Positions 27,529 to 37,682 of a stretch of DNA of 64,000 nucleotides are shown piece by piece. Position 1 is the first letter of the stretch. Each line of letters starts with the position of its first letter. The stretch comes from a virus. The stretch covers positions 22,482 through 86,481 of the IMG/VR virus record IMGVR_UViG_3300034198_012226; one strand, written 5' to 3'. Both the position numbers and the translations under genes were made by a program. The notes under the pieces were generated by a model that was given only the letters and a program-made list of their open reading frames with translations, was not told where the DNA came from and did no database searches.

Positions 27529-28249
27529 TCGGTTTCTCCTTCAAAATGATGTGTGGATGCAACAGCTTGACGCTGTAGGCCAGGTCGGAATCGACCCCTT
27601 CGCCATCCTGGCGCTGGAGCCACTGCCAGAACGATACAGGCACTTCTTCGAGAGGCTTGCCCTTGTACTTGGCCGAGAACGGCATGACGGCGACCCTGGT
27701 CGGCTGGTACTGATAGTCCAGCAGCTCACGGACGGTCATGCCGGTCTCGCGGACGATCAGGCGCAGGAGATCGACGGTGTCCTCGACATCATCAAGTGCC
27801 GAGTGCGAGGTGCCGTCCCGGCGACCCAGGCCGAACATGAACTTGAGCGTGGCCAGCTTGTGGTTCTCGGCCTCGGGCCAGACCTTGCGAGCCAGGCGCA
27901 AGGTGCAAAGAGCCACCGAGTTCGGCCCGAACTTGTGCTTGACCTTCGGGAAATCGAACGGCGCATTGTGGCAGACGATGATCGTATCCACACCCTCGAA
28001 ATGCCCGTCGAGCACCTGGTCGAAGTATTCGTCCAGGGTCGGCTCATTGGCGACCATCTCGTTGGTGATCCGGTGAACACCCATGGCACCGAACGAGATT
28101 TTGACCTCGGGGTCGATCAGCGAACGAAGGCGATGCACCTCGTGCAAGGTGTCTTCGTCCAGCTCAATGATGCCGATCTCACAGACACCGACAGGTTCTT
28201 CGAGGCCGGAGGTTTCGGTGTCGAGGACGACGAGCTTTTCGAGTTCCAT
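27521..28249 (-). CDS. DEDDh 3'-5' exonuclease (ExoX-like)
   Basis: LDTETSG, HNAPFD, HSALDD; C-terminal MPF..YKG motif. Confidence 0.88.
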   Translation of the reverse strand: MELEKLVVLDTETSGLEEPVGVCEIGIIELDEDTLHEVHRLRSLIDPEVKISFGAMGVHRITNEMVANEPTLDEYFDQVLDGHFEGVDTIIVCHNAPFDFPKVKHKFGPNSVALCTLRLARKVWPEAENHKLATLKFMFGLGRRDGTSHSALDDVEDTVDLLRLIVRETGMTVRELLDYQYQPTRVAVMPFSAKYKGKPLEEVPVSFWQWLQRQDGEGVDSDLAYSVKLLHPHIILKEKPNV

Positions 28250-28512
28250 CAGCCCTCCACGACAGCCAGGATGTCGTCGCTCTGCACGACCAGGAAGTCT
28301 TCGCCTTCGACCTTGATCGACTGGCCGCTGTAGATGCCGAAGATGATGGTGTCGCCGACACCGACCTCGGTCACGCCAGCGCCAACGGCGACGATGGTGC
28401 CCTGGTCGTGCTGCTGTTTCGTCGGGGCCGACAGGATGATGCCCGAGGCGGTCTGGGTTTCAGGGGCGATGCGTTTGACGACGATGCGTCCGGCAAGTGG
28501 TTTCAGGTTCAT
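28249..28512 (-). CDS. groES: Co-chaperonin GroES
   Basis: LKPL..RIVVKR, TASGIIL, G.IVAVG and DILAVV motifs. Confidence 0.9.
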   Translation of the reverse strand: MNLKPLAGRIVVKRIAPETQTASGIILSAPTKQQHDQGTIVAVGAGVTEVGVGDTIIFGIYSGQSIKVEGEDFLVVQSDDILAVVEG

Positions 28513-28542
28513 TCAGGACTCCAGTGAGTGTAGTGGTCAGAG

Positions 28543-28567
28543 AAAAGGCCCCACGAGGGGGCCTTTC
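28543..28567 (-). terminator. Rho-independent terminator
   Basis: AAAGGCCCC hairpin with a T run on the minus strand. Confidence 0.75.
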
Positions 28568-28587
28568 CGTTTTACAGCAGCAGCCGA

Positions 28588-29463
28588 TTACTTGGCGTCG
28601 AAGTTGATCAGGGCGAAAGTCTTGTTGCCGCCCTTCTGCTTCGACTGGCGGCAGACGACGATGTCGCTTGCCTCGACCGTACCGCGTTGCACCTTGATGC
28701 CATGCGTCACCTGGTGGCGGGTGAACAGGGCGCGGGATTGCGGCGGCACTTGCAGCGCGACGATCTCGAAGTCTTCCGGCGCGATGTCGGCGTCGTTGGC
28801 GTAGGTCAGGAAACCGTAGATGGTCTGGTATTCCTTCAGCGCCGCGTCCTTGTAGCCGTGCAGTTCCTTCAGCTCGCCGATGTAGGCTTGAACGGACATG
28901 CCGTTGTCGTCGCCCGACGAGTCGATGGTCTTGCCGTCCAGCGAGTAGCGGACGTGCTTCTTGGCCGCTTCGTCGTCGGTGCCAGGCGAGGCCACGAAAC
29001 GAGCGTTGTACGACATGACTTCGATCTTGATGGTCTTGCCCAGGTCACGGCCGGTGTCATCGCTGAAACCATCCAGACCCACGGTCACGCGGGGGAATGT
29101 GTTGAAGTCGAGGGAACCCGGCTCGAAGACGTTTTCTTTATCCGAGAGGTGTCCGACGAATTTCTTGGAGACCGCCAGCGCGCCCTTTTCCTTGGCGATT
29201 GCAACCGCCGTGGTCGTGGCTTCCTTGACCGCTTCAGCCGATGGGCGGGTCGCCTCACGGGTGTCGGCGGCGGCGTCGGCTTCCGAGCCAGGTTCCAGGT
29301 GTGTGGTCGATGCAGGTGCCGATTCAGCGTTGTCGAGGACGGCGCCAGCCAGCACGTCAGCCGGTTTGTCCATCACTGCGGTTTCGGTACCGGCTTCCAT
29401 TTCCTCGAACTTGGTGTCGGTTGCTTGTGCTGCTGCTGCTTGGGTTTTTTTGCTCAGTGCCAT
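28588..29463 (-). CDS. Hypothetical protein, possibly ssDNA-binding/annealing
   Basis: Has its own promoter and terminator; acidic Ala-rich N-terminus; located in the replication cluster. Confidence 0.6.
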   Translation of the reverse strand: MALSKKTQAAAAQATDTKFEEMEAGTETAVMDKPADVLAGAVLDNAESAPASTTHLEPGSEADAAADTREATRPSAEAVKEATTTAVAIAKEKGALAVSKKFVGHLSDKENVFEPGSLDFNTFPRVTVGLDGFSDDTGRDLGKTIKIEVMSYNARFVASPGTDDEAAKKHVRYSLDGKTIDSSGDDNGMSVQAYIGELKELHGYKDAALKEYQTIYGFLTYANDADIAPEDFEIVALQVPPQSRALFTRHQVTHGIKVQRGTVEASDIVVCRQSKQKGGNKTFALINFDAK

Positions 29464-29589
29464 TTGAAGCTCCATTTAAGGTTGCATTGCCATTGTCAGT
29501 CTGCATAGACGGAATGCCTATACAGTCGTAATCACGGAATGTGATCACTAAATGAACCGTTCTTTTTGGAAGTACGGTTCAGGGGTACT

Positions 29590-29618
29590 ACTCTAACTGC
29601 TCTATTTACGGAAGTCAA
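29590..29618 (-). promoter_or_regulatory. Sigma70-like promoter
   Basis: Minus strand TTGACT-N17-TAGAGT in an AT-rich gap. Confidence 0.6.
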
Positions 29619-29626
29619 CACCTGTT

Positions 29627-32473
29627 TTACCGGCGTTGTTTGAATTCTTCCACGTTGTCCTTCGCAAGGTGCGTCACGCTGAACTCGAAGACGGCGGTCG
29701 ATGCCGAATCCTTCAGCGGCGACTCGCTGCACAGGGTGTCCACTGTGCCTGGGTAGGTGGACATGGCGTTGAAGTACGCCTCGAAGCTGTCGTACAGCAC
29801 CTCCTCGCCGAGCGACCGCTTGTGCTTGACGTACTTGGTGAAGCAGTTCCGCAGGCGCAGGAACAGCGCATTGCCGTCCACCACGTAGTCCTCGCCCTCC
29901 AGGAGCTGGACGCTCTCGTTGTCGCCGTAACGCGACAGGAAAGCCATGGCGTCGAGCACCTTGGCGGCTTCGGACACGACCTTCGGGATCAAGGTCTCGG
30001 CGGTGTCGGTGACAGCTTCCTTCATCGCCCTGAAGTCGTCATCGAACTCGTTGCCGAAGACCTCGCGCATCATGAGCTGGCCGAAGTCCAAGCCGGTCAG
30101 CAGCACCGCGACGTTGTACAGCGGCCGGTCGTTGTCGTCGGCCTTGCTGCCCACCTTGGAACGCACCACCTCCATGTTCCGTTCGATCTGCTTGCGCAGG
30201 CCGTCAGGTGGCATGGCGCGGGCACCGTCGATGCAGCGGCGACCGAGCATCGACAGGTACTGGCGGTTGGCCTGGCAGTAGACGAACTTCTCGCGGCGAT
30301 CCTTCTTGCCCTCCTTGGTGATCGGCACAGCCACGCAGCGGTCAAGGATCGCGGTCTGGCTGATGATCGCCTCGCCCATGACCACCATCGGCGAGCGGTT
30401 CGAGACACGGGTCAGCATCAGCTTGCTCTGGCCGGTCGTGGAGCTGACCGAACCCTTGCCGATGGTGTCGCCGTTGTAGTTCGAGCGCAGGATGCCCTTC
30501 GACTTCTCCAGCAGGCGCTTGTCCATCTCACGCGGCTTGTACTCCTCCAGGATGAACGGCATCGAGCCGGAGCACGTCGCCATTTCCTCGAACACGAACT
30601 TGGTCGAGTCCAGGGCCGACGACATCAGCGGCTCCTGGTGGAAGTAGTGGAGCCGCGCCAGCAGCTTGATCGTCTCGGACTTGCCGGAGCCTGCCGGGCC
30701 GTACACCTGGAGGAAGGGGTACTTGTTGTACAGGTGCCGGATCATCTGGGACAGGAAGGTGGACAGCATGAAGCCGAACACCCGCGCCACCACCTCGCGC
30801 TTGTTGATCTGGAACAGGTTGCGGAAGAACTCCCGAGCCTCCTCGCTGTCCTCCAGCTCCGGTGCCATGCGCAAGTCCGTCCGGAACTGCAAGTCGTCCG
30901 TCATGCTGCCAGTCAGCCTGTAGTTGATACCCAGGCTGCTGGTGACGCCGAACTGGTCGGCCCAGATGATGTCGGTCTCGCCTGTCGGGGTGGTGACCAG
31001 GTCGATGCCCTCCCTGCGGACGGTATAGACTTGCTGATTGTTTTTCATGGTACGGACTCGGAAGATGTCGGCCAACGCGCCGATCTGGGCGTCGGTCAAA
31101 GCGATGTTGCAGCTACCTGCACTCAGTGTAAATTTCAAAAAACTGCTGCGGGATGCGAAGGCGTCCATCCCGATAATTTTCGGCCGGCTCGGGCCACCTT
31201 CGATGCTCACGTCCACTTCGTAGCCGTGGACTTCCCCGGTCACCAGGTCGAGGAGCTGCTTCGGGTTGGCCAGGCCCAGGGCCGAAGCCTTGAGCACCTG
31301 GCCATCCTTCTTGATGTAGATGCCGCTGCCGGTGACACGGATGCCCTGGGACAGCGAGAACTCCTCCTCCTCGGCCAGCACCTCGTCGCCGCCTTCCTCC
31401 TCGGCGATGGCACCCATGTCCAGGTCGGGCGCTCGCACGTCCTTGTCCATCAGGTGCTTGATGCCGCCGACCGAGAACGAGTACCCAGGGTTCCCGTTCA
31501 TGTAGGCGTACATCCTGGACAGCTCGCGGCGGCGCTTCACCGGGTTGCCGTAACGGTCGCTGTTGCCCTGGTGGTTCTGGATCAGGCCAGCGCACGCCTC
31601 CAGGAACTCGTCCTCCTTCATGTTCATCGCGTGGGCCGCGATGGCAAGTTGGGTGGCGATGGCCTGGAAGCCCACGTCGCCGTTCAGGTACTCGCCGTTC
31701 ATGACCGCCAGCAGCGTCGGGGGAATCTTCCCGCCGAAGCTGGCCAGGATGTTCTGGTCGGCCTTTGCGTTCTTCCGGCGCTTGAGGGCCTGGTCGATCT
31801 TGGTCTGGGCCTTAGCGAAGATCAGACCCAGGTCAGGGTTGTACGTCGCCGGGTTCGGCGGTGCCATGTGGCGCGGCGTCGAGCACAGCGTCTGGTACTG
31901 CTCCAGGGTCAGGTTCAGGGCCTCCTCGACCGTGATCTGTACCTTGTGGCGACCAGTGCCCTTGCCGTCCTTCTGGCGCTCGATGTTCTTGACCCGCCAC
32001 ATACGGCCCTTCTTGGCCGAGTAGATGTTCAAGTCGAGCGTGTCCACGAACAGCTCGTTGGCCATCTCGCGGTAGATCAGCGGCAGCGCAGGCATCCCGC
32101 GAGGGGGCACCTTCGACATGAACATGTTCGGGTTGAACTCGATGTGGAAGCCCCGACCGCCCGTGATGAACAGCGCGAGCTGTTCCAAGTCCACGTTCTG
32201 GTCGTCGCGCAGGTTGGCCAGCAGCTTCTTGAACTGGGCGATGACGTTCTCCGCGTCCTCGTCGTCCAGGTCAATGTAAAAAGGCCCACGATAGTGAACC
32301 TTTGCCAGCTCGTCAGCAGTCAGCTCGGTCTCGAAGCTGTTGTCGGTGTCGAGGACGGTGACGAAGGCGGGGCGCTTGTCCTTGATGACACGCTCGCGCT
32401 CGCTGGCCAAGCCCAGGAACCACTTCCCGTCGCCCTCGTGCGTCTTCTTGTATTGGAAATACCAGGTTGTCAC
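29627..32473 (-). CDS. Primase-helicase (AEP-like primase + P-loop domain)
   Basis: YIDLD and TGGRGFH (AEP-like); GPAGSGKS Walker A, ILEE Walker B; GTG start after GGGAGG. Confidence 0.82.
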   Translation of the reverse strand: MTTWYFQYKKTHEGDGKWFLGLASERERVIKDKRPAFVTVLDTDNSFETELTADELAKVHYRGPFYIDLDDEDAENVIAQFKKLLANLRDDQNVDLEQLALFITGGRGFHIEFNPNMFMSKVPPRGMPALPLIYREMANELFVDTLDLNIYSAKKGRMWRVKNIERQKDGKGTGRHKVQITVEEALNLTLEQYQTLCSTPRHMAPPNPATYNPDLGLIFAKAQTKIDQALKRRKNAKADQNILASFGGKIPPTLLAVMNGEYLNGDVGFQAIATQLAIAAHAMNMKEDEFLEACAGLIQNHQGNSDRYGNPVKRRRELSRMYAYMNGNPGYSFSVGGIKHLMDKDVRAPDLDMGAIAEEEGGDEVLAEEEEFSLSQGIRVTGSGIYIKKDGQVLKASALGLANPKQLLDLVTGEVHGYEVDVSIEGGPSRPKIIGMDAFASRSSFLKFTLSAGSCNIALTDAQIGALADIFRVRTMKNNQQVYTVRREGIDLVTTPTGETDIIWADQFGVTSSLGINYRLTGSMTDDLQFRTDLRMAPELEDSEEAREFFRNLFQINKREVVARVFGFMLSTFLSQMIRHLYNKYPFLQVYGPAGSGKSETIKLLARLHYFHQEPLMSSALDSTKFVFEEMATCSGSMPFILEEYKPREMDKRLLEKSKGILRSNYNGDTIGKGSVSSTTGQSKLMLTRVSNRSPMVVMGEAIISQTAILDRCVAVPITKEGKKDRREKFVYCQANRQYLSMLGRRCIDGARAMPPDGLRKQIERNMEVVRSKVGSKADDNDRPLYNVAVLLTGLDFGQLMMREVFGNEFDDDFRAMKEAVTDTAETLIPKVVSEAAKVLDAMAFLSRYGDNESVQLLEGEDYVVDGNALFLRLRNCFTKYVKHKRSLGEEVLYDSFEAYFNAMSTYPGTVDTLCSESPLKDSASTAVFEFSVTHLAKDNVEEFKQRR

Positions 32474-32545
32474 ATGCCCTCCCAGGGGGCAGGCGACATG
32501 GAGCAACCGCAGTGTGCGGTCTTGATGGCGCTCATGCTGAACCCC

Positions 32546-33073
32546 TTAATTATTGATCAACGTCAGATTTACTTCTGGGTACAGCGCCCGGAAGTTCGCA
32601 GGGGTTTCCACTGCGGTGACTCCGGAGCTGTAGTAGTCGGCCTTCGACCGCACCTTGATGAGTGCTTGGAACGACATGGCCCGTTTGATACCACCGCGAA
32701 CGCTCTGGGCGTCCCAGTGGACTCGTTGTTTTGGCGGCACAGACACGAAGGCGTCGTAGTGGAACAGACGCTTCGGGATGTACGTCACAGTCATGACCTG
32801 GCGGGTGCCGAGGTCTTCCAGCGTGATCTCCGCGCCGGACTCTGCATTGGCGTGGAAACCCCGGACTTTGATCTGGGTGAGGATTTTGGGAGCGCGGTGA
32901 CCACCGGCTGCGTCGAGTCCGTCAGGCTTGTACACGACGAAGATGCGGTCGATGAAGCACTGCTCCACCTTCAGGTGCTGGAAGTCGGCGCAGACCTCGC
33001 GGTCGGGCGACTCCATGCGTTTGAACAAGTCTTCCAGCGAGGCCGCGTCGGACAGGTTAAAGGGGGAACTCAT
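32546..33073 (-). CDS. Hypothetical protein
   Basis: GGAG RBS; promoter TTTACC-N18-TAGAAT upstream at about 33109-33138. Confidence 0.65.
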   Translation of the reverse strand: MSSPFNLSDAASLEDLFKRMESPDREVCADFQHLKVEQCFIDRIFVVYKPDGLDAAGGHRAPKILTQIKVRGFHANAESGAEITLEDLGTRQVMTVTYIPKRLFHYDAFVSVPPKQRVHWDAQSVRGGIKRAMSFQALIKVRSKADYYSSGVTAVETPANFRALYPEVNLTLINN

Positions 33074-33143
33074 GCTGCATCTCCGGTCAGGTTTCTTCGA
33101 GGAAGCAATTCTACGAGGAAACAAGTCCGGAGGTAAAGCACAA

Positions 33144-34565
33144 TCAGCGCCCGAACAGCGCGTCCCGAATGTCCTTGTGGTTTCTTACCACACGGTTGAC
33201 CAGCTCGTCCTTCTTCATGAGGATGTCGAGCAGTCGGAGCTGGATGGTGCCCTCGGCGATCCCCACCCGGATATGCACCTTGCGCTTCTGGCCATTCCGG
33301 TACACCCGGCCCACAGCCTGCTCGAACTGGGTCGGGATCAGCGGCGCTTCCATGAACAGCACGTCCGAGCAGCAGTCCTGGAGGTTCAAGCCGTAGCCCG
33401 CCGACTGCACCTGGGCCACCAGCACCCGGCACTTCGGATCGGTCATGAAGCGGTCGATGTTCTTCTGCTGCTGACCGGCGCTGATGTCGCCGAACACGGC
33501 CACCGACCCGTGCTTCCGGGTGTGCTCGGTGACGTGGCGGCTGGTCAGCTTGTAGTTCGTGAAGATGATCAACTTCTTGTGGTGGCCACCGGCATCCAGC
33601 TCCTCCTGCTCGGCCTCCAGGTCTTCGAGTACCTGGTCGATCAGGTCGAAGCCAGCGGACAGGTTCGCCGGGTCGTCGCTGAAGTGGTCGTAGTTCATGA
33701 CCAACTGCTGGAGTGCGTGCCAGAGCCGGGTCGTCTGGGTGGCATCGAACTTGTGACCGTCCTCGTACTCCAGCAGCTTCTCCTCGGCGAGCTGGTGGTA
33801 CAGCTTCATGTGCTTGGGGTCAAGCTCATAGTGCATCGGCGAGTACGTGATGTCCGGCAGCTCGGTCAACACGTCCTCCTTCAGGATACGCACCGAGTTC
33901 ACCCGCATGTTCTTGTTGAGCATGTCGAGGTTCTTGTACGTCTGGGGAATCCCGAAGAAGTCGTAGGTATCGACGTGGATGCCTTCGTACTGCGTGTAGC
34001 TGCGGTAGATCGAGGGGGCCAGCAGCTTGACGTAAGCGTAGCCGTCCAGGATTTTGGCGAGCGGGGTGCCGGTGAGGAGCATCAGGTGGCCGGTCATGCT
34101 GAAGTCGCGCACCCGCTGATAGTTCTTCGACTCGTAGTTCTTGACGGCGGTCGCCTCGTCGGCGATGACGCAAGTCCTCTCGTGGTCGAAGGCCATGCAG
34201 ATGCGGTCGTAATCCCGCTTGAAGATGTCGTAGCTCATCAGGATGAAGTCGGTCTCGAACGTCATCGCTGCGCGCTTCTTCGGCGACCCGGCGTAGATCA
34301 TCGCCGTGACACCTCGGATGCTCTTGAGCCAACGGTACCAGGCCATCAGCAGGATCGGCGGCATCAGCACGATCACCCTGTCGATCTCCCCAACCTCCTT
34401 CTTGTAGAGGGCGCTGACAGTGGACGTTGCCGTCTTGCCTACACCGACTGCAAGGTAGTGCCCGGTCTTCTGCCGTGGGGCCAAAGCATCGACCGTCTGG
34501 ATTTGATAACCGTAGAGGGTGAAAGGCAAGCCGTACCGGCTCGCCACGAGTTCATAGGGGGTCAT
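33144..34565 (-). CDS. SF2 (SNF2-like) DNA helicase
   Basis: YQ, GVGKT, IADEA, LTGTP, GYGLNLQ and QAVGRVYR.GQ motifs. Confidence 0.9.
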   Translation of the reverse strand: MTPYELVASRYGLPFTLYGYQIQTVDALAPRQKTGHYLAVGVGKTATSTVSALYKKEVGEIDRVIVLMPPILLMAWYRWLKSIRGVTAMIYAGSPKKRAAMTFETDFILMSYDIFKRDYDRICMAFDHERTCVIADEATAVKNYESKNYQRVRDFSMTGHLMLLTGTPLAKILDGYAYVKLLAPSIYRSYTQYEGIHVDTYDFFGIPQTYKNLDMLNKNMRVNSVRILKEDVLTELPDITYSPMHYELDPKHMKLYHQLAEEKLLEYEDGHKFDATQTTRLWHALQQLVMNYDHFSDDPANLSAGFDLIDQVLEDLEAEQEELDAGGHHKKLIIFTNYKLTSRHVTEHTRKHGSVAVFGDISAGQQQKNIDRFMTDPKCRVLVAQVQSAGYGLNLQDCCSDVLFMEAPLIPTQFEQAVGRVYRNGQKRKVHIRVGIAEGTIQLRLLDILMKKDELVNRVVRNHKDIRDALFGR

Positions 34566-34566
34566 T

Positions 34567-35049
34567 TTAGTACCTCACTCCGAGAAGTTGCGCAAAATCA
34601 CTAGATTCTGCACTGCAACGGAGGAGTCGTGCAAGGTCAATCTTGGCTGAAGCCTCGATTGTTGCGACCTTGGAGATCACGATGTCGATCCAGTTGGGAA
34701 TCGTCCGGACATGGGGAAGGTTCGCCCAGGGCATCTGGGTCAACGCATTCATGAACACCGTGGGGTGTTGCTTTAGCGCGTCGCGCAGGCCGGGAAACAG
34801 TTCCCTGCAATTGGCGCCGTTCAGCGCCGCTTGCGAAGTGTAGAGCGCAGCGAGGTCACGGTTGACCAGAACGTGGGCATAATCGTCCGACGATGGGTCT
34901 CGGTGATCCTCGATGCTCTCACACGACAAGTACAGCAAATTCCACAACTGGACATCGTCGCGGCAGCTTATGCCCAGCCCCAGATGGGGCCTGGCATACC
35001 GGCTCGGGGGAACCGGAGAGTAGCAGAGCTGGCCACTAATCTTAATCAT
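34567..35049 (-). CDS. Hypothetical protein
   Basis: ATGA-coupled to the dUTPase gene. Confidence 0.55.
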   Translation of the reverse strand: MIKISGQLCYSPVPPSRYARPHLGLGISCRDDVQLWNLLYLSCESIEDHRDPSSDDYAHVLVNRDLAALYTSQAALNGANCRELFPGLRDALKQHPTVFMNALTQMPWANLPHVRTIPNWIDIVISKVATIEASAKIDLARLLRCSAESSDFAQLLGVRY

Positions 35050-35861
35050 ACACTAACTTTTTCCATTCCGGTGCTGCCGAAACCGCCCGAGCCGCGCTCG
35101 GTCTGTTCCAAATCAGTCACAACTTCCCAGTTCGGGATGATGACCGGCACCACCATGAACTGGGCAATGCGATCCATCGGCTTGACCGTGAAGCTGGCCT
35201 GGCCACGGTTTTCGAGGATGACGCCGAGTTCCCCGGTGTAGCCGCTGTCGATCAGGCCAGGGCCGTTGGCGACCGCCACCAGGAACTTGTTGGCCAGGCC
35301 GCTGCGAGACATCACGTAGCCTGCGGTGCCGGGGGCGAGCTTCACGGCGATGCCGGTCATGATCAGCAGCTTGCTGCCCGGTTCGATGACGGTCGGCTCG
35401 GTCACCGACGAGGCCACCAGGTCGAACGCGGCGTCGCCAGGCTTGGCGTAGGCAAGCTGCACCTCGGGGTTGATGAACTTGACCTTGAAGGGCAAGTCCG
35501 AATTGGCGTGAGCCGGACGGATCGTGACGCCGCTCGGGGTCAGGAAGTTCGCAGGGGTGCCGTCCTGGTAGTCGAAGGAGCCGTCGCCCAGGACGATCAG
35601 GGCAGGCTTCGCAGTGGCCACGGTGGCAGCGTCGGCCATCTCAGCCTTCTCGAAACGAAAGCCGCCCTTCTTGATCGCGGTGTTGACGAACACACCGACG
35701 CTCTGGGCCTGGCACAGTTCGAGGAACGTGTTGACCGGCACGTCGAAGTATTTGTAGGTGCCGCCCTTCATCTGGAGGTAAAGGTCGGTGCCATCGTGGA
35801 CGGCGCGTTGGATGTTCGATGAGTTGCGGAATTCGACTACACTCAGTGTTGGGTTGTTCAC
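35046..35861 (-). CDS. dut: KTSC domain-dUTPase fusion
   Basis: N-terminal SSNI...L...GTY.YFDVP...L..A.S.G.F.N..IK (KTSC); C-terminal AAFDL, SRSGL, GLIDSGYTGE, RIAQ and RGSGGFGSTG (dUTPase motifs 1-5). Confidence 0.88.
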   Translation of the reverse strand: MNNPTLSVVEFRNSSNIQRAVHDGTDLYLQMKGGTYKYFDVPVNTFLELCQAQSVGVFVNTAIKKGGFRFEKAEMADAATVATAKPALIVLGDGSFDYQDGTPANFLTPSGVTIRPAHANSDLPFKVKFINPEVQLAYAKPGDAAFDLVASSVTEPTVIEPGSKLLIMTGIAVKLAPGTAGYVMSRSGLANKFLVAVANGPGLIDSGYTGELGVILENRGQASFTVKPMDRIAQFMVVPVIIPNWEVVTDLEQTERGSGGFGSTGMEKVSV

Positions 35862-35862
35862 T

Positions 35863-36120
35863 TCACTCTCCTTGAGAATTGCGGCCGTGCTTTCGGTTGA
35901 TGTCGGCCATTGTTTGGGACGGAGACCGAGGGTCGGCCTCCGTGTCTTTCTTGATCGCGCCACGGGTGTCCTGCTCGAACCACTGGACGCACCCCTCACG
36001 GGTGATCGTCACGATCTGGGTGTCTACACGCAGGAGCACCCCGGCGATGTCAGCTTCCGGATTGGTCCGGAGTAGCTGGTCCAGCTTCTGCGTGGCCAGC
36101 CTCGTCAACTTGGGGTCCAT
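35863..36120 (-). CDS. Hypothetical protein
   Basis: Fills the gap between neighbours; start codon uncertain. Confidence 0.5.
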   Translation of the reverse strand: MDPKLTRLATQKLDQLLRTNPEADIAGVLLRVDTQIVTITREGCVQWFEQDTRGAIKKDTEADPRSPSQTMADINRKHGRNSQGE

Positions 36121-36592
36121 CGGCCACCTTCGGCTTATACAGTGGGTCAGCCCCGATGTAGATCGCCTCGGGGGCTTCTGGGTAATTGCGACGGATGTAG
36201 TCGAAGTCACCTTCGTTCCACCTGCGGAGGAGATCTACCTTCTCGTCATCGTCGTCCATAAAGCTGCCCTCACCCCCCAGGATGAACTGGATGATGGCTA
36301 CGGCTGCGTCAGTGCCTGTGTAGCTGACCACCGGGGCCTGTCCCTGCTTCATCCGATAGTCGTTGGCACGCTGGAAGGCGTTGCTCGCTGCGTCCATGAC
36401 CTGGGCGTCGGTGCCCAGGGCAGTGGCCATGTAGACGAAGTGCTCGACCACATCAGCAAGGGTCTTCTCCGGGGTGGCCGGAACCCTGGCCAGCGGTGAG
36501 TTGCTACGGTAGTCACCCTTGGTACTGCCGCCGCCCTCAAACTTGAACGTGAATTGGACGCGCACGTCCTTGAATTTATCGCTCACGATCAA
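36050..36592 (-). CDS. Hypothetical protein
   Basis: L..WNEG.FD.IR...PEAP...IGAD motif seen in phage proteins. Confidence 0.6.
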   Translation of the reverse strand: MIVSDKFKDVRVQFTFKFEGGGSTKGDYRSNSPLARVPATPEKTLADVVEHFVYMATALGTDAQVMDAASNAFQRANDYRMKQGQAPVVSYTGTDAAVAIIQFILGGEGSFMDDDDEKVDLLRRWNEGDFDYIRRNYPEAPEAIYIGADPLYKPKVADGPQVDEAGHAEAGPATPDQSGS

Positions 36593-37626
36593 GCAGCCTT
36601 CTGCTGTGGGGTGGCCACGCCAGCGCGTTCAGCAGCGATGGCTTCCTCGATCTCCGGGGTGAACTTGTCCTGGAGCTGGAGCATCAGCTTAATCGCCGCG
36701 CCGGTCAACTCCACCGGGTACATCTCGGTGTCCACGATATTGCGCGGCTTCTTGATCTTGTCCGGCAAGGCGAAGGCAAGGTCACGCGCCGTCTTGGCCT
36801 GGGCTTCCTGGCGCTTCTTCAGGGCCTTGGCTGCGGCCTTCGCAGCGGCCTCCTGTTCGGCTTTCTGGGCGGCGGTGACACTTCCCTCGTCCTCGCCCTC
36901 GTTTTCGCCGCCTGCGTCGTTCTGGGCGGTCTGCTCGTGCTTCGGCGTGACCTTGGTCTCACCCTTGCCCGCAGCCTTGTCCAGCGCGGCCATGATTTCT
37001 TCGTAGGCTTTCTCGCCGTGCTTCTTGTGGTACTTGACCGCTTCCTCGGCGGCGATCTTGTTGGCGCGCACCAGAGCCTTCACGTCGTCCGGCAGCTTCG
37101 AGATCACGATCAGACGGTCGATCCAGCCGACCGACTTGTTCAGTTCCTTGGCGATCTCCTCACGGGTGCAGCCGTCTTCACGGTACCAGATCGTGTGGTC
37201 AGCCTGTTCGATTGGCGTGAGGTGCTCGCCCTGGTTGGCCTTGAAGGACAGGCTGCGGGCCTGGCGTTCGGTGCCGGTGAAGCGGATCACTTCGTATTCG
37301 GTGATGCCCTTCTCGCCGCGTTCACGCATGGCTTTGTCAGCGCGGCACGCTGCGGTGTAGCGGCACTCGCCGTCAACGATCTCGGCGGTGTTGCCGTCCA
37401 TGGCCATGCGGACGATTGGGAGCGGGACGAAGTCGCCAGCCTCGTAGGCAGCTTGCAGCTCGGCGATCTTGGCCTGGGTCTCGGGCTTTTGCAGATCGCG
37501 GGGGTTGAAGCCCTGCTTGACGCTGATGCGATTCAGCGGCAGCTTGAGGTGCTCGGCCTTCTTCACGTCTTCGTTCTCACGCTCGAACTCGCGGAAGTTT
37601 TTGGCTGGCTTGGTATTTGCGGACAT
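36589..37626 (-). CDS. ParB/Srx N-domain protein with HTH
   Basis: GFNPR, IVDGECRY.A, LTPIEQA and EIAKELNKS motifs. Confidence 0.8.
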   Translation of the reverse strand: MSANTKPAKNFREFERENEDVKKAEHLKLPLNRISVKQGFNPRDLQKPETQAKIAELQAAYEAGDFVPLPIVRMAMDGNTAEIVDGECRYTAACRADKAMRERGEKGITEYEVIRFTGTERQARSLSFKANQGEHLTPIEQADHTIWYREDGCTREEIAKELNKSVGWIDRLIVISKLPDDVKALVRANKIAAEEAVKYHKKHGEKAYEEIMAALDKAAGKGETKVTPKHEQTAQNDAGGENEGEDEGSVTAAQKAEQEAAAKAAAKALKKRQEAQAKTARDLAFALPDKIKKPRNIVDTEMYPVELTGAAIKLMLQLQDKFTPEIEEAIAAERAGVATPQQKAA

Positions 37627-37682
37627 GGTGGTATCTCTCATGATTTGAGGTTGGATGGGTACTGCGGGAAGGGTGCTGCGGG

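Noticed and set aside
29636-33136. 1166-aa + strand ORF, and similar long antisense ORFs (13762-16026, 21247-23970, 49637-52294, 622-2403)
   Set aside because: They mirror real genes on the opposite strand, an artefact of GC3-rich codon usage, and have no recognisable motifs.
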